Assembly: GCA_043826565.1 (NCBI GenBank)
Contig: JBDRPX010000015.1
Coordinates: 67,317 to 131,316 of the forward strand
From: Candidatus Omnitrophota bacterium
GTDB lineage: Bacteria; Omnitrophota; Gorgyraeia; B26-G9
Direction: 5' to 3'
DNA length: 64,000 bases
The notes under the pieces were generated by a model. That model was not told the DNA's origin, did not search any database, and saw only the letters and a program-made list of their open reading frames with translations. The position numbers and the translations under genes were made by a program. Shown piece after piece: positions 1 through 8,453 of this stretch (positions are counted from its first letter, which is position 1; each line of letters opens with the position of its first letter).

Positions 1-278
1 ATTCAATGGCAAACGGACTTGATCACAACAGAATTGGATTAAGCGTTAGCAATAAAAGCTGTTCAAACATAGTTCTTCGCAATAAGGTAAAAAGAATCCT
101 AAGAGAGGTTTTTCGACTCAACAAAGAGATGTTTGGGCAGGGAAGTGATATTGTTATAGTGCTGAAACAATGTCCAGAAGTTGTTTGTTTTGAATCTATT
201 AGGGAAATCATCTCTACTTGTTTGTGCTCAAAATCACAAACAAACGAACCAAAGCAGGATAAGGCGAAAACAGCATGA
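1..278 (+). CDS. rnpA: Ribonuclease P protein component RnpA (5'-truncated by window edge)
   Basis: ORF 6..278; RIGLSVSNK...[14 protein letters not shown] matches the RnpA core (E. coli RIGLTVAKK...RNRIKRLTRESFRL). About 35 N-terminal aa are expected upstream of the window. Followed by yidD-yidC as in the conserved rpmH-rnpA-yidD-yidC cluster. Confidence 0.7.
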   Translation, partial: SMANGLDHNRIGLSVSNKSCSNIVLRNKVKRILREVFRLNKEMFGQGSDIVIVLKQCPEVVCFESIREIISTCLCSKSQTNEPKQDKAKTA

Positions 279-484
279 AAAAAGCTGTTATTTTTTTTAT
301 TGATATATATCGTAACATATTCTCATCATTAAAAATAAGAACATGCAGGTTCTATCCGACATGCTCTGCTTATACCAAAGAAGCTGTGCAGAAAAAAGGA
401 ACACTAAAGGGGCTTATTCTGGGAATTCGGCGAATTTTAAGATGCCACCCGTTTACTTCCGGGGGTTATGATCCGGTAGAATAG
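275..484 (+). CDS. yidD: Membrane protein insertion efficiency factor YidD
   Basis: 69 aa with [10 protein letters not shown]...LRCHPF.SGGYDPV signature; ATGA overlap with rnpA stop. Confidence 0.8.
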   Translation: MKKAVIFFIDIYRNIFSSLKIRTCRFYPTCSAYTKEAVQKKGTLKGLILGIRRILRCHPFTSGGYDPVE

Positions 485-525
485 GAATATACTCGTAACC
501 GTTTTAAAACAAGTAAGTTGGGACT

Positions 526-2142
526 ATGGGCAAAGATAAAAATTTCTTATTGGCAGTACTTATAACACTGTTCGTGTTGTTCTTCTATCCTAAAATCATG
601 ATGCAGTTTTTTCCTCAGGCTTTTCCTGAGCCAAAACAGCAAACAGAACAACCCCGGGTTTTACAGACAGCAGGGGGGATGCCTGCTCAGGTAATGCCTA
701 AAATACTCACAACATATTCTAAGGAAAAGAGTTATGTTCTTGAGAATGACAGATATGTTGTAACGGTTAACACCCCAAGGGGTGATATTAAAAGCCTGGC
801 TTTAAAAAAATATATAGATCCGAAAACCGGGCAGGCAACGATATTGATGGACACAAATGACGAGCAAAACGGTCTGTTTGATATCGCGGGAGATCTGGCA
901 GGCGCAGAGCTGAAAGATGTGTTGTTAGAAGGTGATAGCCTTGTTTTAAATTATGCGCACCCGCTGAATTTAGAGATAAAAAAGACAATAAATTTAAGTA
1001 ATAATAGTCATGTTTTAGGGCTTGAATTAAAAATTAAAAATAATTCAGCAAAGGATCAGGCTGTTTCATATAAATTAATCGCTGCTTCCGGAATAGAGAT
1101 AGCAGATGGTATTGATAGCCGGTATCGGGAAATCATAACCATCATAGACGAGGGTAAAAGCTATAAAAAAAGTCCCGGCAAGGTAAAAACAGGAGAGATG
1201 GTAGAGGGAAAATTGAAAATAACCGCCCTCAAAACAAGATATTTTGCTTTAGCTCTTGTGCCGTTTAATCAATGTGATTATTCTTATATTAGCGAGCAGC
1301 AGGATGTTTCATTTAAACGTGAAGCTGTGTTGGGGGCCGGGGTAAAGATGCTGGAACTCCCGGCCAATGCAGAAATAGAGCAAACCTTTGCTCTTTATGC
1401 CGGGCCCAATGATTTTGAAGTAATGACAAATGCCGGTTTTGGTATTGACGAGATAAGGGGGAGCGGCTTTTTTGCGGGATTTTCAGATTTTTTGCTGATG
1501 CTGCTGAGATTATTACATAACCTGTTCAGAAATTATGGGGTTGCGGTAATAGCATTATCTATTGTTGTAAATGCGGTTCTTTATCCGCTTACATTTAAAA
1601 GTCTGAAGTCTATGAAAGATATGCAGGCTTTACAGCCGCATGTGGAAAAATTGCGCAATGATCATAAAGATAATCCGGAGAAGCTTAACAAAGAAATAAT
1701 GGAGCTTTATAAGAAGAATAAGGTTAATCCTATGGGCGGGTGTTTACCGATGTTATTTCAAATGCCGGTTTTCTTTTCCTTGTATCGGGTTTTAATGCAG
1801 GCGGTGGATCTCCGGGGAGCAGGATTTCTCTGGATAAAGGACCTTTCCGGGCCGGATGCTTTGTTTGTTTTGGGAAAGTCATTTCCGTTTATCGGTAATA
1901 CCGTCAATCTTTTGCCAGTACTTATGATTGGTGCGTCATTTTTACAGCAGAAAATGACCAATCCCAGCCAAACAAATGAGCAGCAAAAGATGATGGCAAC
2001 AATATTTCCTATTTTCATGGGGGCAATTTTTTATAAATTCCCTTCAGGACTAGTGCTGTATTTTCTTACAAATACAATTTTTTCGCTTGTAATGCAATCA
2101 GTAATGACATCAAAGACAAAGGTTGCGGTTGGGGAGTCTTAA
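526..2142 (+). CDS. yidC: Membrane protein insertase YidC
   Basis: 538 aa; N-terminal TM, periplasmic domain, C-terminal 60-kDa IMP core (LYPLT...MQALQP...GGCLPMLFQMPVFFSLY). Confidence 0.9.
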   Translation: MGKDKNFLLAVLITLFVLFFYPKIMMQFFPQAFPEPKQQTEQPRVLQTAGGMPAQVMPKILTTYSKEKSYVLENDRYVVTVNTPRGDIKSLALKKYIDPKTGQATILMDTNDEQNGLFDIAGDLAGAELKDVLLEGDSLVLNYAHPLNLEIKKTINLSNNSHVLGLELKIKNNSAKDQAVSYKLIAASGIEIADGIDSRYREIITIIDEGKSYKKSPGKVKTGEMVEGKLKITALKTRYFALALVPFNQCDYSYISEQQDVSFKREAVLGAGVKMLELPANAEIEQTFALYAGPNDFEVMTNAGFGIDEIRGSGFFAGFSDFLLMLLRLLHNLFRNYGVAVIALSIVVNAVLYPLTFKSLKSMKDMQALQPHVEKLRNDHKDNPEKLNKEIMELYKKNKVNPMGGCLPMLFQMPVFFSLYRVLMQAVDLRGAGFLWIKDLSGPDALFVLGKSFPFIGNTVNLLPVLMIGASFLQQKMTNPSQTNEQQKMMATIFPIFMGAIFYKFPSGLVLYFLTNTIFSLVMQSVMTSKTKVAVGES

Positions 2143-2348
2143 TGAGCGATACCAATAAGGGAAAAGAAGTAACGCACGCAAAAGAGTTTAAAGGTAAAAC
2201 TATTGAGGAAGCAATAGAAAAAGCCCTGGCGGAGCTAAGCCTTCCCAAAGAAAAAATCAAAATAAGCATTTTAACAGAAGGCCAGCGAGGTTTATTTGGT
2301 ATGAAGGGGGCAAAGCAGGCCAAAATAAGAGTAACAGTCATAGAATAG
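2142..2348 (+). CDS. jag: Jag/KhpB N-terminal-domain-only protein (no KH/R3H domains)
   Basis: 68 aa; TAATG overlap with yidC stop; sequence resembles the Jag_N domain (FKGKTIEEAIEKALAELS...). Position matches jag in the yidC-jag arrangement. Confidence 0.55.
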   Translation: MSDTNKGKEVTHAKEFKGKTIEEAIEKALAELSLPKEKIKISILTEGQRGLFGMKGAKQAKIRVTVIE

Positions 2349-2468
2349 GTCAAAATTCAAAAATTAAAAGTCAAAAATACAATTCAAAACTAAAAAATCG
2401 AATTTCTTAATGTATAATCAAGAAGAGGTGTTGATATATTTGTTAATCTATATGTTTTGGTTATTCTA

Positions 2469-2498
2469 TCATAATTGTTCCACGTGGAACAATTATGA
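2469..2498. promoter_or_regulatory. 30-bp perfect palindrome TCATAATTGTTCCAC|GTGGAACAATTATGA (candidate operator/cruciform) ~95 nt upstream of mnmG
   Basis: Read directly from sequence; arms 2469-2483 and 2484-2498 are exact reverse complements with a CACGTG core. Confidence 0.5.
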
Positions 2499-2592
2499 GA
2501 TAGAAAACAGATGACAGAAATCAGAAAACAGAAAAATAATAGTAGAAAGAGAAAAAAGGTAATACTTTCTCAGTTAAAGATTTTCCTCTCAA

Positions 2593-4443
2593 ATGATCAA
2601 ATTTCCCTATAAATATGACGTGATAGTTGTCGGCGCTGGGCATGCCGGATGTGAGGCTGCCATGGCTTCGGCCAAAATGGGCTGCAAAACACTACTGCTA
2701 ACAATAAACCTGGATACAATTGCCCAAATGTCCTGTAATCCGGCAATCGGCGGTCCGGGAAAAGGACATATTGCCAGAGAAATCGATGCTTTAGGCGGGG
2801 TGATGGCCAGAGCGATTGATGTTGCGGGAATACAGTTTCGGATGTTGAACACTAAAAAAGGGCCGGCAGTATGGGCTCCTCGGGCACAGGCTGATAAACA
2901 TTTATATCACACAATAATGAAGCAGAAAATGGAAAATCAGCCACTGCTGGATATTAAGCAATTACTGGTAACTGACTTATTGATGAAAGGGGAAAAAGTT
3001 CTTGGTGTTAAAACAAGCACAAATCTAGACATATACGGGGAAACAGTTATTATAACAACCGGAACATTTATGAATGGACTTATTCATATTGGAGAAACAA
3101 CAATTCCCGGAGGCAGATTAGGGGAAAGTTCTTCTATTCAGCTTCCGCGGCGTTTGAAAAAACTTGGATTTAGGATGGGAAGGTTAAAAACCGGTACTCC
3201 GGCAAGACTGCATGCAGATACAATAGATTTTTCTTGTTTTACCGCGCAATATGGAGATAAGAAACCCTCCCCATTCTCATATGAGACAAAACAAATAAAA
3301 ACAAAGCAAGTTTTGTGCTATTTGGGCTATACCAACGAGAAAACTCATCAGCTTATAAAGCGTAATTTGCACAGATCACCGCTGTATAGCGGTAAGATAA
3401 CCGGAGTTGGCGTGAGATATTGCCCCTCAATAGAAGATAAAGTAGTAAAATTTGCTCACAAAGACAGGCATCAGATTTTTTTGGAGCCGGAGGGAAGAAC
3501 AACAAAAGAAATTTATGTTAATGGATTATCCAATAGCCTGCCGCAGGATATTCAGATAAAAATCCTTAAAACAATAAAAGGGCTGGAAAATGCGAAAATC
3601 ATGCGATTTGCTTATGGCATAGAATATGATTTTATTGACCCTACAGAAATGCTTCCTACTCTGGAAACTAAATCTATAAAGAATCTTTTTTTAGCTGGAC
3701 AGATTAATGGAACCACCGGGTATGAAGAAGCCGCCTGCCAGGGGTTAGTTGCGGGAATTAATGCGGCTTTGAAAATTAAAAAGAAAAAACCTTTTGTTAT
3801 GGAGAGGTCTCAAAGTTATATTGGCGTTCTAATTGATGATCTGGTTACTAAGGGAACGCAAGAGCCGTATCGATTATTTACTTCCCGGGTTGAACACCGG
3901 CTTGTGCTGCGGCAGGACAATGCGGATTTACGATTAGGAGAGGATGCATATACTTTAGGCTTGATTTCTAAAAAAAGAATTGATACAATAAGAAAAAAGC
4001 AAAAGATTATTTCTCAGACGATAGAAAAATTACACAAGCTTTCAAATGCTAATTCTTTACTGGGAAAAATATTGAAGCGCCCGGAGATGACCTATGAGGG
4101 GCTTAGAAAAATTGATCCAAGATTAGATAAACTTCCGGAAGATGTTGAGGCGCAGGTTGAGATCGAAGTAAAATATGAGGGGTATATTCAAAGGGAAAAA
4201 GCACTCATTAACAAATTGATTAAACTGGAACACAAAAAAATTCCTCAGGATTTTATTTTTGAGTCAGTTGGCGGTATAAAAAAAGAAGCCAAAGAAAAGC
4301 TTGCTAAAATTAAACCGCAGTCAATTGGTCAGGCAATGCGAATTTCCGGCGTAACATCTACAGATATTGCCATGGTTTTATTTCATATAGACAGGCAAGA
4401 TAAAAATAAATCAAAAATCAAAGGTCAAAAGTCAAAAGTGTAA
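2593..4443 (+). CDS. mnmG: tRNA uridine 5-carboxymethylaminomethyl modification enzyme MnmG (GidA)
   Basis: 616 aa; FAD-binding N-terminus [16 protein letters not shown], full-length similarity pattern to GidA. Confidence 0.95.
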   Translation: MIKFPYKYDVIVVGAGHAGCEAAMASAKMGCKTLLLTINLDTIAQMSCNPAIGGPGKGHIAREIDALGGVMARAIDVAGIQFRMLNTKKGPAVWAPRAQADKHLYHTIMKQKMENQPLLDIKQLLVTDLLMKGEKVLGVKTSTNLDIYGETVIITTGTFMNGLIHIGETTIPGGRLGESSSIQLPRRLKKLGFRMGRLKTGTPARLHADTIDFSCFTAQYGDKKPSPFSYETKQIKTKQVLCYLGYTNEKTHQLIKRNLHRSPLYSGKITGVGVRYCPSIEDKVVKFAHKDRHQIFLEPEGRTTKEIYVNGLSNSLPQDIQIKILKTIKGLENAKIMRFAYGIEYDFIDPTEMLPTLETKSIKNLFLAGQINGTTGYEEAACQGLVAGINAALKIKKKKPFVMERSQSYIGVLIDDLVTKGTQEPYRLFTSRVEHRLVLRQDNADLRLGEDAYTLGLISKKRIDTIRKKQKIISQTIEKLHKLSNANSLLGKILKRPEMTYEGLRKIDPRLDKLPEDVEAQVEIEVKYEGYIQREKALINKLIKLEHKKIPQDFIFESVGGIKKEAKEKLAKIKPQSIGQAMRISGVTSTDIAMVLFHIDRQDKNKSKIKGQKSKV

Positions 4444-4552
4444 ATCAAAACCTAAAAATCAAAATATATTCTTTTTGTTTTTGAATTTTAAGTTGTATTT
4501 ATGAGTTTTAACAGTAAACAAGGACAGATTAATAGACAAGAAAAATGGGGGG

Positions 4553-5233
4553 TTGGTTATGGAAGGAAAGAAGAAAAATTTTGTGCGTAAGAATTATTTT
4601 ATTCTTAAAGGGTTTCAGCTGCGTTTTAGCGTTTTAATTTTTATCGCTACAGTAGTGGTCAGTTTAATTGCGGTATGGACCACATATGTTGTTACTTGGA
4701 ATGAAATCTCTTTGCATGTCCAAACAAAACAATTTTCTCAAAAACTAAAAGCGCACTATAGCCAGGAACAGGGATTGGGCGAAAACATCGAATTAGTTAA
4801 TGCTATTTTTGCAGTTGAATTTTCCGGCGTGTTTGACAAAGTTGCAAAAGCCTTAATTCTCCGCTTACTGGCCAGCTCTTTAATTTTGTTTGTATTAAGC
4901 ATTTTTGTTTCGCATAAAATAGCCGGGCCGATTTACCGAATGGAAAATGTTGCTAAGGCAATTCGGGACGGAGATCTTACCAGTGACTTAAGCAGCTTGC
5001 GAGCCGGAGATGAGTTTACCGAATTAGCCCGGCTTATGAATGGTGCTCTTGAGAAGTTGCGCACAGCCATAACAAAGCAAAAACAGATGGCCGAGAGAAT
5101 AAGCGTCCAGGCGAAAAAATTATCCAAGGCTACAAAAAAAGAGGAAATTGAAGACCTGTCTAAAAACGTGGAACTCATTGCAAATACACTAGTTGCAGAA
5201 ATGGAAACATTTAAGGTTAAAAGGAAATCATAA
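4553..5233 (+). CDS. Membrane protein with two TM helices and a HAMP-like domain, no output domain
   Basis: 226 aa; TM 1 near N-terminus, TM 2 ~aa 100-120, followed by HKIAGPIYRMENVAKAIRDGDL (HAMP-like) and a coiled coil; occupies the position where rsmG usually lies. Confidence 0.5.
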   Translation: MVMEGKKKNFVRKNYFILKGFQLRFSVLIFIATVVVSLIAVWTTYVVTWNEISLHVQTKQFSQKLKAHYSQEQGLGENIELVNAIFAVEFSGVFDKVAKALILRLLASSLILFVLSIFVSHKIAGPIYRMENVAKAIRDGDLTSDLSSLRAGDEFTELARLMNGALEKLRTAITKQKQMAERISVQAKKLSKATKKEEIEDLSKNVELIANTLVAEMETFKVKRKS

Positions 5234-5297
5234 AAACTAAAAGACAGAAAAACAATTTTCAACTTTCAATATTCAATATTCAAAATACAGGGAAGTT

Positions 5298-6212
5298 ATG
5301 AGCAAAATTATTGTAATATGTAATCAGAAGGGCGGGGTTGGCAAGACCACCAGCGCGATTAATTTAAGCGCGTATGTTGCGGATAAAGGATTTAAAACCC
5401 TTCTAGTCGATGCTGATCCTCAGGCAAATGCTACCAGCGGTCTTGGGCTGGATAAAAAATCAAAAAATCCCAGTATTTATGACCTGCTGATGGGAATGGC
5501 GGAAGCAGATAATGTTGTGGTCCCCGGCCCCCTGGATAATCTTGATGTTTTTCCGTCTAATGTATCACTTACCGGTGCGGAAATTGAACTTGTGGGTACC
5601 GAAGAACGTGAATATCGCCTGAAAAAAGTTCTGGCAGTAATTCGTGACAAATACGACTTTATTTTTATTGACTGCCCGCCGTCTTTGGGGTTGCTGACAT
5701 TAAACTGTTTGGTTGCCGCGGACAAAGCAATTATTCCTTTGCAATGTGAATATTATTCGTTGGAAGGAATAAGCCAGCTTATGGACACAATAAAACTTGT
5801 AAAAGGCCGGCTAAATCCTCAGCTTAGTGTCGGAGGGATCATTCTGACCATGGCAGATTTTAGGACCCGGCTGACCTCTGATGTAATAAGCGAAGTAAAA
5901 AAAGTTTTTAAAGAAAAAGTTTTTGACACAATTATTCCCCGCAATATTCGTATTAGCGAGGCCCCGGGATTTGGCAAGCCTTTAGTTTTGTATGATCGGT
6001 TTTGCCTGGGAGCAGAAAAATACGAAAAACTTGCGGAAGAATTTATCGCGAGAGAGGGAAAAGCTCCGGCGCAGGATACTCCGGAGAGCCAAGAGGAAAT
6101 TATTGTTATTGAGCACCCGAAAGAAGAAGAGGTGCAGTTGATGGAGGTTTCCGGGCTTGATGTCCCTCAAAACGATGTTAATTTACCCGCCACAAAGATT
6201 GGCGAGGTTTAA
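5298..6212 (+). CDS. parA: Chromosome partitioning ATPase ParA/Soj
   Basis: Deviant Walker A KGGVGKTT, ParA family throughout; acidic C-terminal extension. Confidence 0.9.
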   Translation: MSKIIVICNQKGGVGKTTSAINLSAYVADKGFKTLLVDADPQANATSGLGLDKKSKNPSIYDLLMGMAEADNVVVPGPLDNLDVFPSNVSLTGAEIELVGTEEREYRLKKVLAVIRDKYDFIFIDCPPSLGLLTLNCLVAADKAIIPLQCEYYSLEGISQLMDTIKLVKGRLNPQLSVGGIILTMADFRTRLTSDVISEVKKVFKEKVFDTIIPRNIRISEAPGFGKPLVLYDRFCLGAEKYEKLAEEFIAREGKAPAQDTPESQEEIIVIEHPKEEEVQLMEVSGLDVPQNDVNLPATKIGEV

Positions 6213-6278
6213 TTCGCGCAAATAATTTACATCAAAAAATATCCTGTAAATTATGCGCTCATTAAAGGAGGTTATGTG

Positions 6279-7157
6279 ATGGAGCGACGTGGACTAGGAA
6301 AAGGATTGGAAGCCCTGATATCCCCGGAAGCGGTTATTTTCGAGGAAAGAACATCAGAAAACAGCATTGTTGTTCTTAATCCGGAAAAAATTCAGCCAAA
6401 CCGCTATCAGCCGCGATTCGAATTCAAGGAGGATAAACTAAAAGAACTTATGGATTCAATAAAGGAAAAAGGGCTGGTGCAGCCGGTTATCGTTAGACAA
6501 AATTCCGCGGATGAATATGAACTTATTGCCGGGGAGCGGCGGTTACGCGCGATAAAAGCATTGGGCCGTACAGAAATTCCGGCAGTAATAAAAAATGCAA
6601 CTGATTTAGAGATGCTGGAGTTCTCCTTAATTGAAAATATTCAGCGTGACGATTTAAATCCGATTGAAGAAGCAAAAGCTTACAGCACCATGATCAATGA
6701 TTTTAGTTTTACGCAGGAGCAGATAGCTGCCGCGGTAGGAAAAAACCGGGCGACAGTTGCCAATATGCTGCGGCTTTTGGCATTACCCGAAGCAATACAA
6801 AACTCGGTATTAAAAGAATTAATTACCCTGGGGCATGCGAAGGCAATTTTAAGCCTTCATGAGCAAGCTGACCAATTGGAATTAATGGATAAGATCATTA
6901 CGGAAGGCTATTCGGTTCGCGAAGCTGAACAATATGCTAGTTTAGATGTTGAATTTATCGAATCGGAACAGCAAACAAAAACCAAGCCGGAAAAAGATCA
7001 ATTTATTCGGGACTTAGAGGAGCAAGCCCAGAGACTATTGGGAACCAAGGTTAGTATTCGGCATGGGGCAAAGCGCGGCAAGCTTCAAATAGAATACTAT
7101 TCGCTGGATGATTTAAATAGAATTCTAAAGATAATGGGAAGAGAAGAAAGCTGCTGA
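6279..7157 (+). CDS. parB: Chromosome partitioning protein ParB/Spo0J
   Basis: GLGKGLEALI N-terminus, ParB box GERRLRA, HTH; start set to ATG 6279 (RBS AAAGGAGG 7 nt upstream) rather than GTG 6276. Confidence 0.9.
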   Translation: MERRGLGKGLEALISPEAVIFEERTSENSIVVLNPEKIQPNRYQPRFEFKEDKLKELMDSIKEKGLVQPVIVRQNSADEYELIAGERRLRAIKALGRTEIPAVIKNATDLEMLEFSLIENIQRDDLNPIEEAKAYSTMINDFSFTQEQIAAAVGKNRATVANMLRLLALPEAIQNSVLKELITLGHAKAILSLHEQADQLELMDKIITEGYSVREAEQYASLDVEFIESEQQTKTKPEKDQFIRDLEEQAQRLLGTKVSIRHGAKRGKLQIEYYSLDDLNRILKIMGREESC

Positions 7158-7213
7158 TTTAACGCAACCAAATATATAACAACACGTTATAAGCATAAAG
7201 AGGAAGAATAAAA

Positions 7214-7717
7214 ATGAACAAAAAAACACTAATATTAATTAAGCCGGATGGGCTGGTAAAATCATTAACCGGAAATATTTTAACGCGTTTATCCGAAACA
7301 AAGTTGGAAATAATCGCGGCTAAAATTGTGCATGTTTCCCCGGAACTGGCAAAAGAACATTATAAGCATCTTCAGGATAAACCGTTTTTTAATGAGTTAG
7401 TAAATTATTTGCAGGGAGAATTGCATGCCCGGCACAAGGTATTGGCCATGGTGTATTGGGGTGAAGACGCGATACAAAAAGTCAGACAATTAGCCGGAGC
7501 GACTAATCCTGAAGAAGCTGAGCCGACATCTATTCGCGGAGCTTATGGGCGAATAACCTCCAAAGGAGTTTATGAAAATGTCGTGCATGCTTCAGCGAAT
7601 GAGGAAGAGGCGGAAAGAGAAATAAAACTATGGTTTTTTCCTGATGAGATCCTTTATGACGTTTATCCGTCAAAAAAAGTAGTTTTAGAAAAAGAAACAC
7701 AGCGTGTTTGGGCATAA
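7214..7717 (+). CDS. ndk: Nucleoside diphosphate kinase (long form)
   Basis: 167 aa; KPDG...NVVHAS active-site histidine motif. Confidence 0.85.
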   Translation: MNKKTLILIKPDGLVKSLTGNILTRLSETKLEIIAAKIVHVSPELAKEHYKHLQDKPFFNELVNYLQGELHARHKVLAMVYWGEDAIQKVRQLAGATNPEEAEPTSIRGAYGRITSKGVYENVVHASANEEEAEREIKLWFFPDEILYDVYPSKKVVLEKETQRVWA

Positions 7718-7759
7718 AACAGGGCACGGTTAAAAGTTATCTTTATTGTCAAGGGGAGT

Positions 7760-7923
7760 GAATTCAAAAGTCAAAGGTCAAAACTCAAAAGTGCAAGTTA
7801 AAAGTCAAAAATAATCAAAAAAGATTCCAGAATTTATTATTTTAAACAATATAATTTTATGATAATTAATAAGTTTTGAATTTCGAATTGAATTTTTAAA
7901 TTTTGCCTTTTGATTTTTGACTT
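7760..7923. repeat. Intergenic composite inverted-repeat element (left arm of TCAAAAG-type units, AT-rich spacer, right arm of CTTTTGA-type units)
   Basis: Left arm 7760-7823 gaattcaaaagtcaaaggtcaaaactcaaaagtgcaagttaaaagtcaaaaata; right arm 7874-7923 ttttgaatttcgaattgaatttttaaattttgccttttgatttttgactt; the same architecture recurs at 21881-22064 and 24683-24860. Confidence 0.5.
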
Positions 7924-8012
7924 ATAAAACAGGTTAGGGAGAAAAACTTACGGAGAAATATTGAATTAACTTAGAATTTTGACAATACAATAAAGCCGGG
8001 GAGAAGTATTAT

Positions 8013-8444
8013 ATGAGAAATATATTAAAGAAAAATACGGCGTTTACTTTAGTAGAATTGCTGGTAGTTGTGGTTATTATCGGTGTGCTTGTTTCCATTG
8101 CTATTCCTCACTACATGAATGTAAGGGAAAGAACAGAGAATCAAAAAGCCCGCGCTATTTTATACGAGATATACAAAGCCGAGAAAATGTATCTTTTACA
8201 TGGCGATAATGATGGTAATGGTATTCCGGATTCAGAAGAAGATACCGACCTTGACGGGTTTACCGAGGAGTCTTATACCGCGACTTTAACCGACCTTCAG
8301 GATTTTGTTGATTTTCCCGCGGATGACGGTACTTGGGACTATACAATGAATAGTGCCGATGCGACAACTTTTGAAGCTCAGGCCACACATCAGATTGACG
8401 GAACCAGATTTTTTACGATTAATGAAAGCGGAACGATAAATTAA
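8013..8444 (+). CDS. Type IV pilin-like / pseudopilin protein (prepilin-type N-terminal methylation motif, Ala at -1)
   Basis: MRNILKKNTA|FTLVELLVVVVIIGVL: class III leader plus hydrophobic helix with Glu+5; RBS GGGGAGAAG. Confidence 0.6.
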   Translation: MRNILKKNTAFTLVELLVVVVIIGVLVSIAIPHYMNVRERTENQKARAILYEIYKAEKMYLLHGDNDGNGIPDSEEDTDLDGFTEESYTATLTDLQDFVDFPADDGTWDYTMNSADATTFEAQATHQIDGTRFFTINESGTIN

Positions 8445-8453
8445 CCCCGACTA

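Noticed and set aside
2411-2418. TGTATAAT -10-like hexamer upstream of the palindrome as the mnmG promoter
   Set aside because: No acceptable -35 at 16-18 nt spacing (AT-rich run only); too weak to report as a feature.
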